The notes under the pieces were generated by a model. That model was not told where the DNA came from. It saw only the letters and a program-made list of their open reading frames with translations, and ran no database searches. Of a DNA stretch of 64,000 nt, positions 18,297 to 28,431 are shown in pieces. The stretch is taken from the NCBI GenBank assembly GCA_963806185.1, contig CAWDXE010000001.1, positions 704,001 through 768,000 on the forward strand. The letters are read 5' to 3'. Both the position numbers and the translations under genes were made by a program. Within the stretch, counting starts at the first letter, position 1. Each line of letters opens with the position of its first letter. This stretch comes from an uncultured candidate division Zixibacteria bacterium. GTDB lineage: Bacteria; Zixibacteria; MSB-5A5; GN15; FEB-12.

Positions 18297-18323
18297 TTAT
18301 CGGCACCCACTTAAAGATGTTGA
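18297..18323 (-). promoter_or_regulatory. Sigma28 (FliA/SigD)-type promoter upstream of the six-gene operon
   Basis: Minus strand TCAA-catctttaagtgggt(15 nt)-GCCGATAA: perfect -10, correct spacing, 3/4 match at -35; about 35 nt upstream of ATG 18261. Confidence 0.65.
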
Positions 18324-18863
18324 GCGCGCAATCCAGACGGCCAGGATTGCGTCATAAAACCGGAGGTCTTTAGGTCTCATTTACGCGTCTCATTCCTGAA
18401 GAATGCCCCGGGCTGCAGCATCGGCTGATAACCCCTTGGCGTCCTGCCAAGTACCAGCGGTCACCCCCTCCCCTTCGCTTAAGGTAATCGTCGAACCCTG
18501 CCGGATGCCGATTGTAGCGATCTATGGGTGAGAAAGTCGTTGGATAGGTTGAATCGGAATATATGCTGAAGTATAGCAGTACTTGATCGGCCGATGCCCA
18601 TTGGCACGACTCAGTAGAGGCCGACGTTCATAAGTAAATCTTCCAACGGAGAACACCAGAATGAAACGGTCGCTCGTTCTCATTTGTGTCCTGATCAGTA
18701 GCCCTTTCACCGTGGATCACTTTGCACAACGTCCGCATAAGACACATATCATTGTCCGGCTGTTGCGACAACGCGGCCTGCACCCACGATTCGCAATTAA
18801 GACTACTCTTCTGCCGATTCTGTCGCCCCACCTTCTGGTTACCGACACCATCCACCTTCTGTC

Positions 18864-18891
18864 TTGACTCATCCGACACCCGAGATATATT
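18864..18891 (+). promoter_or_regulatory. Putative sigma70 promoter for the gene at 19007
   Basis: TTGACT-N16-TATATT. Confidence 0.4.
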
Positions 18892-19006
18892 GTAGATACG
18901 ATCATCTCCCATCGTAACTGTAGGCACTCTGTCATTTGAAAAATATCAACCGACACCCGGCGATGGCTATTTGCCGGGGCATTTCTTCTTTCGAAGGAGA
19001 ACCAAT

Positions 19007-20479
19007 ATGCGAGCACCACTCTTCACACTGATCATCGTGCTTGGTGCGATAAGTTCAATGGCGGCCGCCGCTCCGGACACGCTCTGGACGCGCACCATCG
19101 GCGGCTCGAGCTATGAATGGGCCTGGGACGTTAAGGAGACTTCCGACCATCGCTACGTGATGGTTGGTTGGACCAAGTCGACCGCTCATGGTGACAGCGA
19201 CATTCGTATTGTCAAACTGAATCAGGACGGCAGCACTTACTGGGACAGAACTTACGGCGTTACTGATTGTGACGATGTGATGTCCGGCATTGTTGAGTCG
19301 GCGGATAGTTGCCTTTATCTGGGTGGTTATGGCACCGGACAGTTCGGCGTCGAGAGCGCCAACTTCTACATGATGAAGCTCGACCCGTTCGGGTTTAAGC
19401 TCGACGAGTACAACTACGACTGCGATTCCGCGACCGATTACGGTAACGATCTGTGTCGAATGCTTGACGGTGGCTTCCTGATGGTAGGTCATTCCTATTA
19501 CTGGTCGGATTCGCAAAGTAAATACGATTGGGCTCCGAGCATAATCCGGATCGACGCGGTCGGCAACAAGCTGCATCACGTGCTTAGCGACATTCCCGGA
19601 ATCCAGGAGCTGAATCGTGTCATCCCGACAACCGATAGCGGCGCTATCGCGATCGGCAGAGCCGGCGCCGTGTATGTGGTGAAGATCAATTCATCCGGTA
19701 ATCCCAGCTGGACCAAGGGGTACGGCGGCGTCGGCGTCGGAGCTGACATTGTACAGCTCGACGATGGTGGCTATATGGCTTTTGGCGATCGCGATTTTGG
19801 TTATCCCTACGAAGAAGACTTCTGGCTGCTGCGGCTCAACGCCAACGGCGACTCGTTGTGGACCAAACGATACCAGCACGGCGAGAGAGACCTTGCCTAT
19901 GGGCTCGATCAGACGGCCGATGGCGGCTTCGTAATGGTCGGCGATCAGTACCGCAACGAGGGCATGGACCCGACCGATATGTACATCATTCGAACGAATG
20001 CCAATGGTGACACCATCTGGACCAAAACGGTTGGCGGAGATCAATACGAATACGCCTATTCCGTGGAGCAGACATCCGACGGCGGCTACATTGTCGTCGG
20101 GCGCACAAGCTCCTACGGCTCGGGGATGGATGACTTCTATATCGTCAAGCTGGCTCCCGATGTCCCAACCGATGCACCGGAAATCAACGACGCACACCCG
20201 ATGACCTACAGCCTTAGTACGAACTACCCCAACCCCTTCAATCCGAGCACGACGATCGAGTACACGCTCCAAGGTCGGGGGCTGGTAGTAATTGAGATCC
20301 TCAATCCGTTGGGTCAGATGGTGCGAAACCTCGTTAACGAGGAACAGTCGGCCGGCTCACATCGCGTCATCTGGGATGGACTCGACCACAACAACCGACC
20401 GGTCCCGACGGGAATCTACTTGTATAGGATGTCCACCGACGGTGTTTCGCAGTCCAAGAAGATGCTCCTGCTGAAATAG
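19007..20479 (+). CDS. Secreted beta-propeller-like repeat protein with T9SS type A/FlgD-Ig C-terminal domain
   Basis: GAAGGAG RBS; signal peptide; repeats 'GDTxWTKxxGG...QTxDGG(Y/F)xxxG'; C-terminal 'NYPNPFNPSTTIEY...PTGIYLYRM...KKMLLLK'. Confidence 0.88.
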   Translation: MRAPLFTLIIVLGAISSMAAAAPDTLWTRTIGGSSYEWAWDVKETSDHRYVMVGWTKSTAHGDSDIRIVKLNQDGSTYWDRTYGVTDCDDVMSGIVESADSCLYLGGYGTGQFGVESANFYMMKLDPFGFKLDEYNYDCDSATDYGNDLCRMLDGGFLMVGHSYYWSDSQSKYDWAPSIIRIDAVGNKLHHVLSDIPGIQELNRVIPTTDSGAIAIGRAGAVYVVKINSSGNPSWTKGYGGVGVGADIVQLDDGGYMAFGDRDFGYPYEEDFWLLRLNANGDSLWTKRYQHGERDLAYGLDQTADGGFVMVGDQYRNEGMDPTDMYIIRTNANGDTIWTKTVGGDQYEYAYSVEQTSDGGYIVVGRTSSYGSGMDDFYIVKLAPDVPTDAPEINDAHPMTYSLSTNYPNPFNPSTTIEYTLQGRGLVVIEILNPLGQMVRNLVNEEQSAGSHRVIWDGLDHNNRPVPTGIYLYRMSTDGVSQSKKMLLLK

Positions 20480-20962
20480 TGCCGCCATTATGCGGTTTCG
20501 TGGCGAGGCAGTTCGCAGAGACTTGCCTTGATTTTTCCCTGAGCTCGGGCTGTCGTCTCGGTACGGCCCGATGCCGGTCAAGGGAGTAACTGTCCCGGTA
20601 GTGACGGCTCTATGCGGCTTTCTGTCCACGCATCAATCATCCTCTCCCCCTGGCGGGCCGCGGCATGCCTATCTCCCATAACAAACTAATGTCATCCCGT
20701 ATCGAATGATAGACCGCAGGTCATTCACCCTCGGAATCACGATCGCTTAATTCGTACTAAACAGTATCAAATTGTCGGCGACGATCCTTGCCTGGCTGCA
20801 ATTCAATCCAGCGCATGCTATTGAATTCCCGGAAGGACAAGATACCGGTCGAACCGGCAGAAACTTGTTTGCACGGTTGGCTGAACCACATTACCTTGGG
20901 TGGAAAATGGAGGCAAAGCACCCCGCTTGGCCTATGCCGGCGGCCCGCAGGAGACCACACCT

Positions 20963-22918
20963 ATGTCGACACATGAACAGCCACCGCGTCCAGCGAAAAG
21001 CGTCGATGCGGCAGTCCCGCACGATCCCTACGAAGATTACGAACTTCCCGTCGGGGGATTCACAGGAACACCTGACGAGATTGAGCGTCAGTGGTACGAA
21101 AAGTGCTATCTCACCCGCGGTGATACTATCAAGCAGCTCACCTGGCGGTCTATCATTATGGGATCGGTGCTGGGTGCCGTTCTCTCGCTGACCAATATCT
21201 ACATCGGACTCAAGGCCGGCTGGGGCTTTGGCGTCGCCATTACCGCCTGCATTTTGTCGTACGCGATCTGGACGGCTCTTTACAAGATACGAGTCGCGAA
21301 GACGCCGATGACTATCCTGGAGAACAACTGCATGCAATCCTGCGCCAGCGCGGCGGGTTACTCCACGGGTGGGACTCTGGTATCGGCGTTCGCCGCCTAT
21401 ATTATGCTCAACAACGCCACCCTCCCGTACTGGATCATGATCGGCTGGGTGTTCTTCATCGCCATCCTCGGCGTGACAATGGCCGTGCCCATGAAGCGAC
21501 AGATGATTAATCTGGAGCAGCTTAGATTCCCGAGCGGGATTGCCGCCGCTGAGACACTTCGGGCCCTGCACGCCAAAGGGCAGAAAGGGATGCGTGCCGC
21601 GCGCGCGCTGGGGATATGGGGACTGCTGGCAATGATCAGCGAAGTCCTGACTAACCAACTTCATTTGATTAGCGAAAAGTTGACCGCTTTCGAGCTCTCA
21701 GGATATGTGAGCCGGTTCAGTACGGCCACGCTCGGTGAGGCCTGGATCGGCCGAACGGTTACCTGGTTGTGGGATCCGATCTTCATAGCCGCCGGCATGT
21801 TTGTCGGCATGCGGGTGGCCATCAGCATGTTTGTGGGCTCTATTCTCTGCTGGATGATATTTGTTCCGTGGGTACAGGCGACCGTACCGGAGGCGGCCGG
21901 GCTCGTCGGCTTCAGAAATCTCGTCCAGTGGTCGCTGTGGGGCGGGACGGCGTGCATGGTCACCTCGGGAATCCTGTCGGTGCTTTTCCAGTGGCGGAGC
22001 GCCATGCGCGCGTTTAAGGGCCTTGGCGACATGATTTTCAATCGCAAGAGTGGAAAGGGCGACGAAATCGACGCGATCGAGACGCCGAGTTCGTGGTTCT
22101 TGATTGGGCAAGTCGTGGCGCTGGCGGGCCTCGCGATCCTGGCGCAAAAGACGTTCGACATGCCGTACTGGCAGAGTGTCATCGCGGTGTTACTCAGCTT
22201 TGCGTTGGCGCTGGTCGCTTGCCGAGTTACGGGCGAGACTGATACGACACCAGTTGGAGCCATGGGCAAAATCACACAACTTACTTTCGGTGCCCTCTCT
22301 CCTGGCAATATGAACGTGAACCTGATGGCCGCCAACATCACCGCCGGAGCGGCAACTTCCTCAGCCGATTTGCTTACCGATCTCAAGAGCGGATATCTTC
22401 TGGGCGCCAATCCGCGCAAACAGTTTATCGCGCAATTTTCGGGTATCTTCATCGGTACGATTGTCACCGTGACCGCTTTCCGCGTGCTGGTTCCCGATGC
22501 CAGTGTGCTAGGCACCGACCAGTTCCCGGCACCGGCCGCGCAAACCTGGAAGGGTGTCGCTGAGGCGCTCTCCGCCGGGTTGAGCCACATGCACCCGGTG
22601 AAAGTATGGGGTATCGTGATTGGCGGACTCGTCGGCCTTATCCTTCCGATTCTCTCTAAACTCTTCCCGAAACAGCAGAAGTGGATTCCCTCGGCCTCCG
22701 GCCTCGGGCTGGCCTGGGTCTTCCAGTGGTTCTACGGCCTGTTGTTCTTTATTGGCGCCGTGATTGGCTGGCTCTGGCAGAAGAAGAATCCGGCGCAATG
22801 TGAGGAATATTTGTTCCCCGTCGCATCCGGTGTTGTCGCCGGTGGCGCTATCATGGGAGTCATCGCCGTCTTCTGGGAAAGCGGCGCGGAGATCGTGAGG
22901 CAATTCTTCGCCCACTAG
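20963..22918 (+). CDS. OPT family oligopeptide transporter
   Basis: 'NIYIGLKAGW', 'ILENNCMQS', 'LRFPSGIAAAETL', 'DLKSGYLLGANPRKQ' and 'FPAPAA'; polytopic membrane protein; AGGAG RBS before ATG 20963. Confidence 0.92.
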   Translation: MSTHEQPPRPAKSVDAAVPHDPYEDYELPVGGFTGTPDEIERQWYEKCYLTRGDTIKQLTWRSIIMGSVLGAVLSLTNIYIGLKAGWGFGVAITACILSYAIWTALYKIRVAKTPMTILENNCMQSCASAAGYSTGGTLVSAFAAYIMLNNATLPYWIMIGWVFFIAILGVTMAVPMKRQMINLEQLRFPSGIAAAETLRALHAKGQKGMRAARALGIWGLLAMISEVLTNQLHLISEKLTAFELSGYVSRFSTATLGEAWIGRTVTWLWDPIFIAAGMFVGMRVAISMFVGSILCWMIFVPWVQATVPEAAGLVGFRNLVQWSLWGGTACMVTSGILSVLFQWRSAMRAFKGLGDMIFNRKSGKGDEIDAIETPSSWFLIGQVVALAGLAILAQKTFDMPYWQSVIAVLLSFALALVACRVTGETDTTPVGAMGKITQLTFGALSPGNMNVNLMAANITAGAATSSADLLTDLKSGYLLGANPRKQFIAQFSGIFIGTIVTVTAFRVLVPDASVLGTDQFPAPAAQTWKGVAEALSAGLSHMHPVKVWGIVIGGLVGLILPILSKLFPKQQKWIPSASGLGLAWVFQWFYGLLFFIGAVIGWLWQKKNPAQCEEYLFPVASGVVAGGAIMGVIAVFWESGAEIVRQFFAH

Positions 22919-23246
22919 TTCGGGCAAGATATTGCAGCTTCCGGCCGTGAATCAGTGTATATGCGAAGGCGGGTTGTAATCAACCCGCCTTCTTGTTTTA
23001 TCATACCTGCCATCGCGACAACATCACTTGAGCGGGAGCCTCTTGCGGCTTTCGCGAAAAGCCCCTGCGCAAAACTGATAGAGGTAGATGCAGGCATACA
23101 GCAGAAGTTCAACGCAGTCCAAAGACAATTATCGACGTTGTCGTGGAAAGCTGGTAATACGTAAGGCAGAGTTCGGCAACAGCCGTCCGCCTGCGGGACT
23201 GGCTTGAAATAATCCGAGCTAATGAGTGCCTGGGGGAAGACTGTGT

Positions 23247-25157
23247 CTAGAGAGCCGTAGGCGCGGGGGCTGCCATCCCCTGCATTAATCCGGCCTGTAC
23301 CTTTGCGGCACGCTTACGCTGCTCGGAGTCGAGGATCGCCTTGCGCATCCGAATCGCCTTCGGGGTCACTTCGACCAGCTCGTCGGGGCCGATCCACTCA
23401 ATCGCCTGCTCCAGGGTCATTTTGCGCGGAACGGCCAGGGTGACGGCAATATCCTTGGTGGACGAACGATGGTTGGTGAGCTGCTTGCGCCGGGTCGGGT
23501 TGCACGGCAGGTCGTCCGGCCGGGAATTCTCTCCGACAATCTGTCCCGTGTACACGCGCGTGGTCGGCTCCACGAAGATCACCGACCGCTCCTGAAGTCC
23601 CTCAATTGCATATGCCGTGGCCGGACCGGTTTCCATGCTGACTACTGATCCCCGGTTCCGAGCGTTCACTTCGCCGCGCCACTGCCCATACCCGACAAAG
23701 CGCGCAGCCATAATTCCCATTCCGCGCGTATCGGTAAGAAATTCTGATCGATAGCCGATCAGCCCACGGGTCGGGATATCAAATTCAAGCCGCACAACAT
23801 TCGTGCCGGCATTGTCAACCTTGCGCAATTCTCCTTTGCGGCGAGCCAGCTTCTCAATAATGATCCCCTGGTACTCTTCGGGGACGTCGATGATCACCTG
23901 CTCCATCGGCTCCAGCGTATTCCCGTTTTTGTCCTGTTGCGTAATGACTTCCGGGCGGGAGACGCAGAACTCCAGTCCTTCGCGGCGCATCTCTTCAATC
24001 AGAATCGCCAGGTGAAGCTCACCGCGCCCCGATACCTTTACGCCGTCGGCGCGCCCCAGGTCCTCCATGCGCAGCGCCACGTTGGTGCGCAGTTCCTTGA
24101 CCAGTCGTTCTTTGAGCTGCCTGAGCATGATGGCGGTGCCGTCTTCTCCGGAGAATGGTCCGTTATTGACGAGAAAGAACATGGAGACGGTCGGTTCCTC
24201 AATGGCCAGCGGCGGGAGAGCCGATGATACATCTTCGATCGCGGAGAACGTATCGCCGATACCAATCTCATCCGGACCGGCCAGCCAGACGATATCGCCG
24301 GCACCGATCTTGTCGGCTTCAGCCCGCTGCAATCCGCGCGTTACCCAGAGATGTACGCCCTTTTCCCGTGATGTGCTGATATGATCATACCCGGCCTCCT
24401 GGTTCGCCGAGTCTTTCCAGCGCATGACGAACTTGGTGAAGTCGTCCCCCTTATTCAGACTCCCGCGAAGAACTCGGCCACAGCCGATCTGCCCGATATA
24501 ATCATTCCAGGCCAGGGTGCTGACTTGCATCAGGAAAGGACCGTCGGGATCCACTTGAGGCGCAGGGACCCTTTCAACAATCGTCTCGAAAAGAGCTTCC
24601 ATCCCCTTGTGAGACTTGTGGTGCAGATCGCGGACAAACCAGCCGTCGAGCCCGGATCCATACAACACCGGGAAATGTGCCTGCTCGTCGGTCGCTCCCA
24701 GGTCGATAAACAGATCAAATGTCTTGTTAAGTGCAAAATCGGGCCGGGCATTCGGGCGATCGACCTTGTTGATGATCACGATCGGCCGCAAGCCGAGTTT
24801 GAGAGCGCGCATCAGCACGTACCGCGTCTGCGGCATCGGTCCTTCATTGGCGTCAACCAGAAGAAGTACCGAATCGACCATCGACAGCACTCGCTCCACC
24901 TCGCCCGAAAAATCAGCGTGCCCCGGCGTATCGATGATATTGATGAGATAATCGCCCCAGGTCACGGTGCAATGCTTGGCCCGAATAGTGATACCCCGCT
25001 CGCGCTCGAGATCCTGGCTATCCATCAATCGCTCGGCAACCTGTTGGTTGTCCCGAAATGTCCGGGTGGCACGAAAGATGGAGTCAATCAGGGTTGTCTT
25101 GCCGTGATCAATATGCGCCACGATGGCCAAATTACGAATGCGCTCGACAGGGATCAT
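23247..25157 (-). CDS. typA: Translational GTPase TypA/BipA
   Basis: 'IRNLAIVAHIDHGKTTL', 'ERERGITI', 'DTPGHADF.GEVER', 'GRGELHL', 'PTRGLIG' and 'ELVEVTPKAIRMRK'. Confidence 0.97.
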   Translation of the reverse strand: MIPVERIRNLAIVAHIDHGKTTLIDSIFRATRTFRDNQQVAERLMDSQDLERERGITIRAKHCTVTWGDYLINIIDTPGHADFSGEVERVLSMVDSVLLLVDANEGPMPQTRYVLMRALKLGLRPIVIINKVDRPNARPDFALNKTFDLFIDLGATDEQAHFPVLYGSGLDGWFVRDLHHKSHKGMEALFETIVERVPAPQVDPDGPFLMQVSTLAWNDYIGQIGCGRVLRGSLNKGDDFTKFVMRWKDSANQEAGYDHISTSREKGVHLWVTRGLQRAEADKIGAGDIVWLAGPDEIGIGDTFSAIEDVSSALPPLAIEEPTVSMFFLVNNGPFSGEDGTAIMLRQLKERLVKELRTNVALRMEDLGRADGVKVSGRGELHLAILIEEMRREGLEFCVSRPEVITQQDKNGNTLEPMEQVIIDVPEEYQGIIIEKLARRKGELRKVDNAGTNVVRLEFDIPTRGLIGYRSEFLTDTRGMGIMAARFVGYGQWRGEVNARNRGSVVSMETGPATAYAIEGLQERSVIFVEPTTRVYTGQIVGENSRPDDLPCNPTRRKQLTNHRSSTKDIAVTLAVPRKMTLEQAIEWIGPDELVEVTPKAIRMRKAILDSEQRKRAAKVQAGLMQGMAAPAPTAL

Positions 25158-25304
25158 ACTGTAGCAATGCCTTTCATATGATCGAGTTGACCTCGACCCA
25201 TTTTCCTTCTCTACACCGCGTCCTTGATCAAACCATTCACGGGAAGATCACGTAAAAGAAGACCCGGATCGGCTGACGCCGCCGGGTGAGTGCAGACGGA
25301 CACA

Positions 25305-25333
25305 AGTATAGCATACAACGTCAAAAACACCAA
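25305..25333 (-). promoter_or_regulatory. Putative sigma70 promoter of typA
   Basis: Minus strand TTGGTG-N17-TATACT with extended -10 TG. Confidence 0.45.
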
Positions 25334-25442
25334 CATGTTTCTGCATGAATTCCCCCTTGACAGCCCGTCCGGTGGCCTCTTGACATGCCGGTTTCGGTTC
25401 GGTATGTAGACTCTCCTGCAGGAGCTAACTGGAGGCAGGACC

Positions 25443-26315
25443 ATGGCTTTGGCATTTCGAGACGACTATTGGGACCATCCTGCCCTCAAGCAGGAGTTTA
25501 TCCGCTTTGTGAACAGCATGTTCGGCCTGGACCTGAGCCTGTGGGACAAAAGCGGTTTCTGGGACAACAATTACCGGCCCTTTTCCTTCTTTGAGGGCGA
25601 CAAACTGGTCGCCAGTCTCTGCCTTTATTCCATGTCCATGACTGTCCAGGGAAAGGATTGTCTGGCTGGACAATTCTCGGCGGTGGCCACGCTGCCGGAG
25701 TATCGCCGTCGGGGACTGAGCGCCAAGCTCATGAAGCTAGCGACCGAATGGGCGACGGACACGCACGCCTTCTTCTTTCTCTTTGCCAATGAAGAAGCGT
25801 TCCCGTTCTACGAGCGCTGCGGTTACCGTCGGTACTCGGAATATAAATATCACCTGCCGGTGGTCGGCCGACCGGCGATTCCTGGTCTCGTGAGGCTCGA
25901 TGTTCAAAACGCTGGACATCTCGGAATGATCTTTCGTTACGCTTCTGAACGAGCTCCGGTATCCAGCGCTCTCGGCGTGAATAGTCCGAAATTGCTTATG
26001 TTCTGGTGCCTGTATGGTCTGCGCGACCATATCTATCACGTACCCGAACTTGATCTTCTGGTGCTTCTGGGGCGCCAGGGGAATCTACTGACGATTTACG
26101 ATTTGGTTGGCCGAGACCTGCCCGCATTCACAACAATCTATCCTTACGTGGGCCACCCCGACGACCAGACGGTCAATTTTCTATTCCTGCCGGACAGGCT
26201 GGGATTACGGGATGGTGTCGAGAGAATCGAGGTCACCGAGAACGGGACGCATCTGTCCGGTCACTTTCCGCTGAGCGATACACCCTTTATCTTCCCGCTG
26301 ACTTCTCACGCATAG
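25443..26315 (+). CDS. GNAT family N-acetyltransferase
   Basis: Motif A 'VATLPEYRRRGLS' and 'FYERCGY'; GGAGG RBS. Confidence 0.9.
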   Translation: MALAFRDDYWDHPALKQEFIRFVNSMFGLDLSLWDKSGFWDNNYRPFSFFEGDKLVASLCLYSMSMTVQGKDCLAGQFSAVATLPEYRRRGLSAKLMKLATEWATDTHAFFFLFANEEAFPFYERCGYRRYSEYKYHLPVVGRPAIPGLVRLDVQNAGHLGMIFRYASERAPVSSALGVNSPKLLMFWCLYGLRDHIYHVPELDLLVLLGRQGNLLTIYDLVGRDLPAFTTIYPYVGHPDDQTVNFLFLPDRLGLRDGVERIEVTENGTHLSGHFPLSDTPFIFPLTSHA

Positions 26316-26434
26316 GTTGGATAACCCAGACGATCCGGCACCGAAAAGTGATTGCTACATTTCTTGGACGCACGTACTGTAACCTGTCACACAACTCGGA
26401 GACTCCCGCCTTTCACTTTTTGGAGATTGGGTCT

Positions 26435-26941
26435 ATGGACACTGCTATCAAATTAATCATCTGGGGGCAGTTCGGCGCCGCCATCGATACGCTCGAGAAT
26501 GCCATCACGAATTGTCCCGAGGATCTCTGGGGTGATCGATCGCGCCAGCCGGAGTACTGGTACATCGCCTACCACACCCTGTTCTGGCTCGATTTCTACC
26601 TGTCTGATTCTCACGATGACTTTCGCCCGCCGGCCCCGTTTGGCCTTGAGGAAATGGATCCGGCCGGAGTACTTCCACCCCGCGTTTATTCCAAGGACGA
26701 GCTGCTGACTTATCTGAGGTACGGCCGCGAAAAGGGCCGTAACGCCATTGCTTCTCTAACCGACGATAAACTTCGGCAGCAATACAACTTCGGCAAGGTG
26801 AGTCTTCCGATCGTGGAACTTCATTTGTATACGATGCGCCACCTTCAGCACCACGCGGCACAACTCAATCTGATCCTGCGCCAGTCAGCTGACAGGGGCT
26901 CAGGCTGGGTATTCAAGTCGAAAACACCGCTTGAAATCTGA
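26435..26941 (+). CDS. DinB family protein
   Basis: 'WYIAYHTLFWLDFYL' and 'MRHLQHHAAQL' His motifs. Confidence 0.88.
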   Translation: MDTAIKLIIWGQFGAAIDTLENAITNCPEDLWGDRSRQPEYWYIAYHTLFWLDFYLSDSHDDFRPPAPFGLEEMDPAGVLPPRVYSKDELLTYLRYGREKGRNAIASLTDDKLRQQYNFGKVSLPIVELHLYTMRHLQHHAAQLNLILRQSADRGSGWVFKSKTPLEI

Positions 26942-27227
26942 ATATGGACGTTTATTATCGTCTTACTGTTCGGCATCAAGTTCAGCGGTCAATTGGCAGT
27001 CGGTAACTGGTAGTCGACAATAAAACGCTTTGAGGTTGGACCATTAATGGGTATTTTGTCGGAAATTGGCACTCGCACGTTGCAGAGACTTAAGTAGGTA
27101 ACACGTATCGTTTTGTTTTCTTTGGTTCAGCGTCCGTAGTTTCTTGTCCTGGTTCTGGAGATTTCCAACTGCACTTGGATCCCGCTGCTTACCGAGGTGA
27201 ACACCGCATGGAGAGGAGCCCCCAGCC

Positions 27228-28337
27228 GTGTCTGCCCTGAGTCGCAAACCATTGACCATTGGCGGCCACGTCGCTCGCTTTCCCATTATTCAAGGTGGCA
27301 TGGGGGTCGGCATTTCATTGTCCGGTCTCGCCTCCGCGGTCGCGAATGAAGGGGGTATCGGCGTCATCGCCGCCTCCGGCGTCGGCATGAACGAACGCGA
27401 CTTCCGATCGAACTTTCTCGAGGCAAACATCCGCGCCCTGCGACGTGAGATTCGGCGAGCTCGTGACGCGACTTCCGGTATTCTCGGCCTCAATGTCATG
27501 ATGGCCAACTCCAATCACGGCGATCTCTTCCGGACAGCCATCGAGGAAGGTATTGATATCATCTTCTCCGGTGCCGGTCTTCCGATGAACCTGCCTCAGT
27601 ACTTGAACGGTTCCACTCGCACCAAGCTGGTGCCGATAGTTTCTTCGGCGAGAGCTGCCAGCTTGATCTGCAAGCGCTGGCTTCACAAGTTCGATTATTT
27701 GCCGGACGCAGTGGTGGTCGAAGGACCACGGGCAGGTGGGCATCTTGGCTTTGCCGAAGATCAGATCTTTGACCCCGACTTTGCACTGGACAGGTTGATA
27801 CCAGCCGTGCTCGAGGAGGTCAATCAGTATTCGACGAAGTATGATAAAGCTATTCCCGTCATTGCTGCCGGCGGCGTGTACAGCGGGGGCGACATCCTGT
27901 CGTTTCTGGATATGGGTGCGGGCGGCGTTCAGATGGGTACTCGGTTTGTGGCCACTCACGAATGCGACGCCGACCTGTCGTTCAAGCAGATGTATATTGA
28001 TGCCCGCTCGGAGGACATTGTCATCATCAAGAGTCCGGTCGGGATGCCGGGGCGGGCGATTCGCAATGAGTACATTGACGATGTCTCTTCCGGCATGAAG
28101 AAGCCGTTCAACTGTCCCTATCACTGCATTTCAACGTGCGACATAGTCAATTCCCCGTACTGCATCGCCCATGCCCTCATGAGCGCCCAGAAGGGACGCT
28201 TCCGCTTCGGCTTCGCCTTCGCCGGTGCCAACGTACACCGGGTGACCGAGATCATCTCGACCAAGGAACTGTTCAAGCGACTGATCGCCGAATACGAAGA
28301 AGCGTTTTCCACTCTTCTGGCTGCTTCACTGGCCTGA
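27228..28337 (+). CDS. Nitronate monooxygenase / FabK-like FMN-dependent oxidoreductase
   Basis: 'PIIQGGMGVGIS', 'VEGPRAGGHLG', 'VIAAGG', 'GVQMGTRF' and Cys cluster 'CPYHCISTC...YCI'. Confidence 0.9.
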   Translation: MSALSRKPLTIGGHVARFPIIQGGMGVGISLSGLASAVANEGGIGVIAASGVGMNERDFRSNFLEANIRALRREIRRARDATSGILGLNVMMANSNHGDLFRTAIEEGIDIIFSGAGLPMNLPQYLNGSTRTKLVPIVSSARAASLICKRWLHKFDYLPDAVVVEGPRAGGHLGFAEDQIFDPDFALDRLIPAVLEEVNQYSTKYDKAIPVIAAGGVYSGGDILSFLDMGAGGVQMGTRFVATHECDADLSFKQMYIDARSEDIVIIKSPVGMPGRAIRNEYIDDVSSGMKKPFNCPYHCISTCDIVNSPYCIAHALMSAQKGRFRFGFAFAGANVHRVTEIISTKELFKRLIAEYEEAFSTLLAASLA

Positions 28338-28431
28338 ACTGGTCCTTCTGGCCGCAATCGCCCATTTGCGATTTCCCGACAATCAGCATAATTTCTCAGC
28401 ACACGCAATCAACTCTTGTCAGGAGATTTCT

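Noticed and set aside
27066..27085. Sigma54-like TGGCAC...TTGC motifs (also near 18601 and 33504)
   Set aside because: The -24/-12 spacing is wrong or the -12 GC is missing.
27040..27227. Riboswitch in the leader of the nitronate monooxygenase-like gene
   Set aside because: No recognisable consensus (FMN, SAM, TPP, cobalamin, c-di-GMP) by eye. An Rfam scan would be needed.
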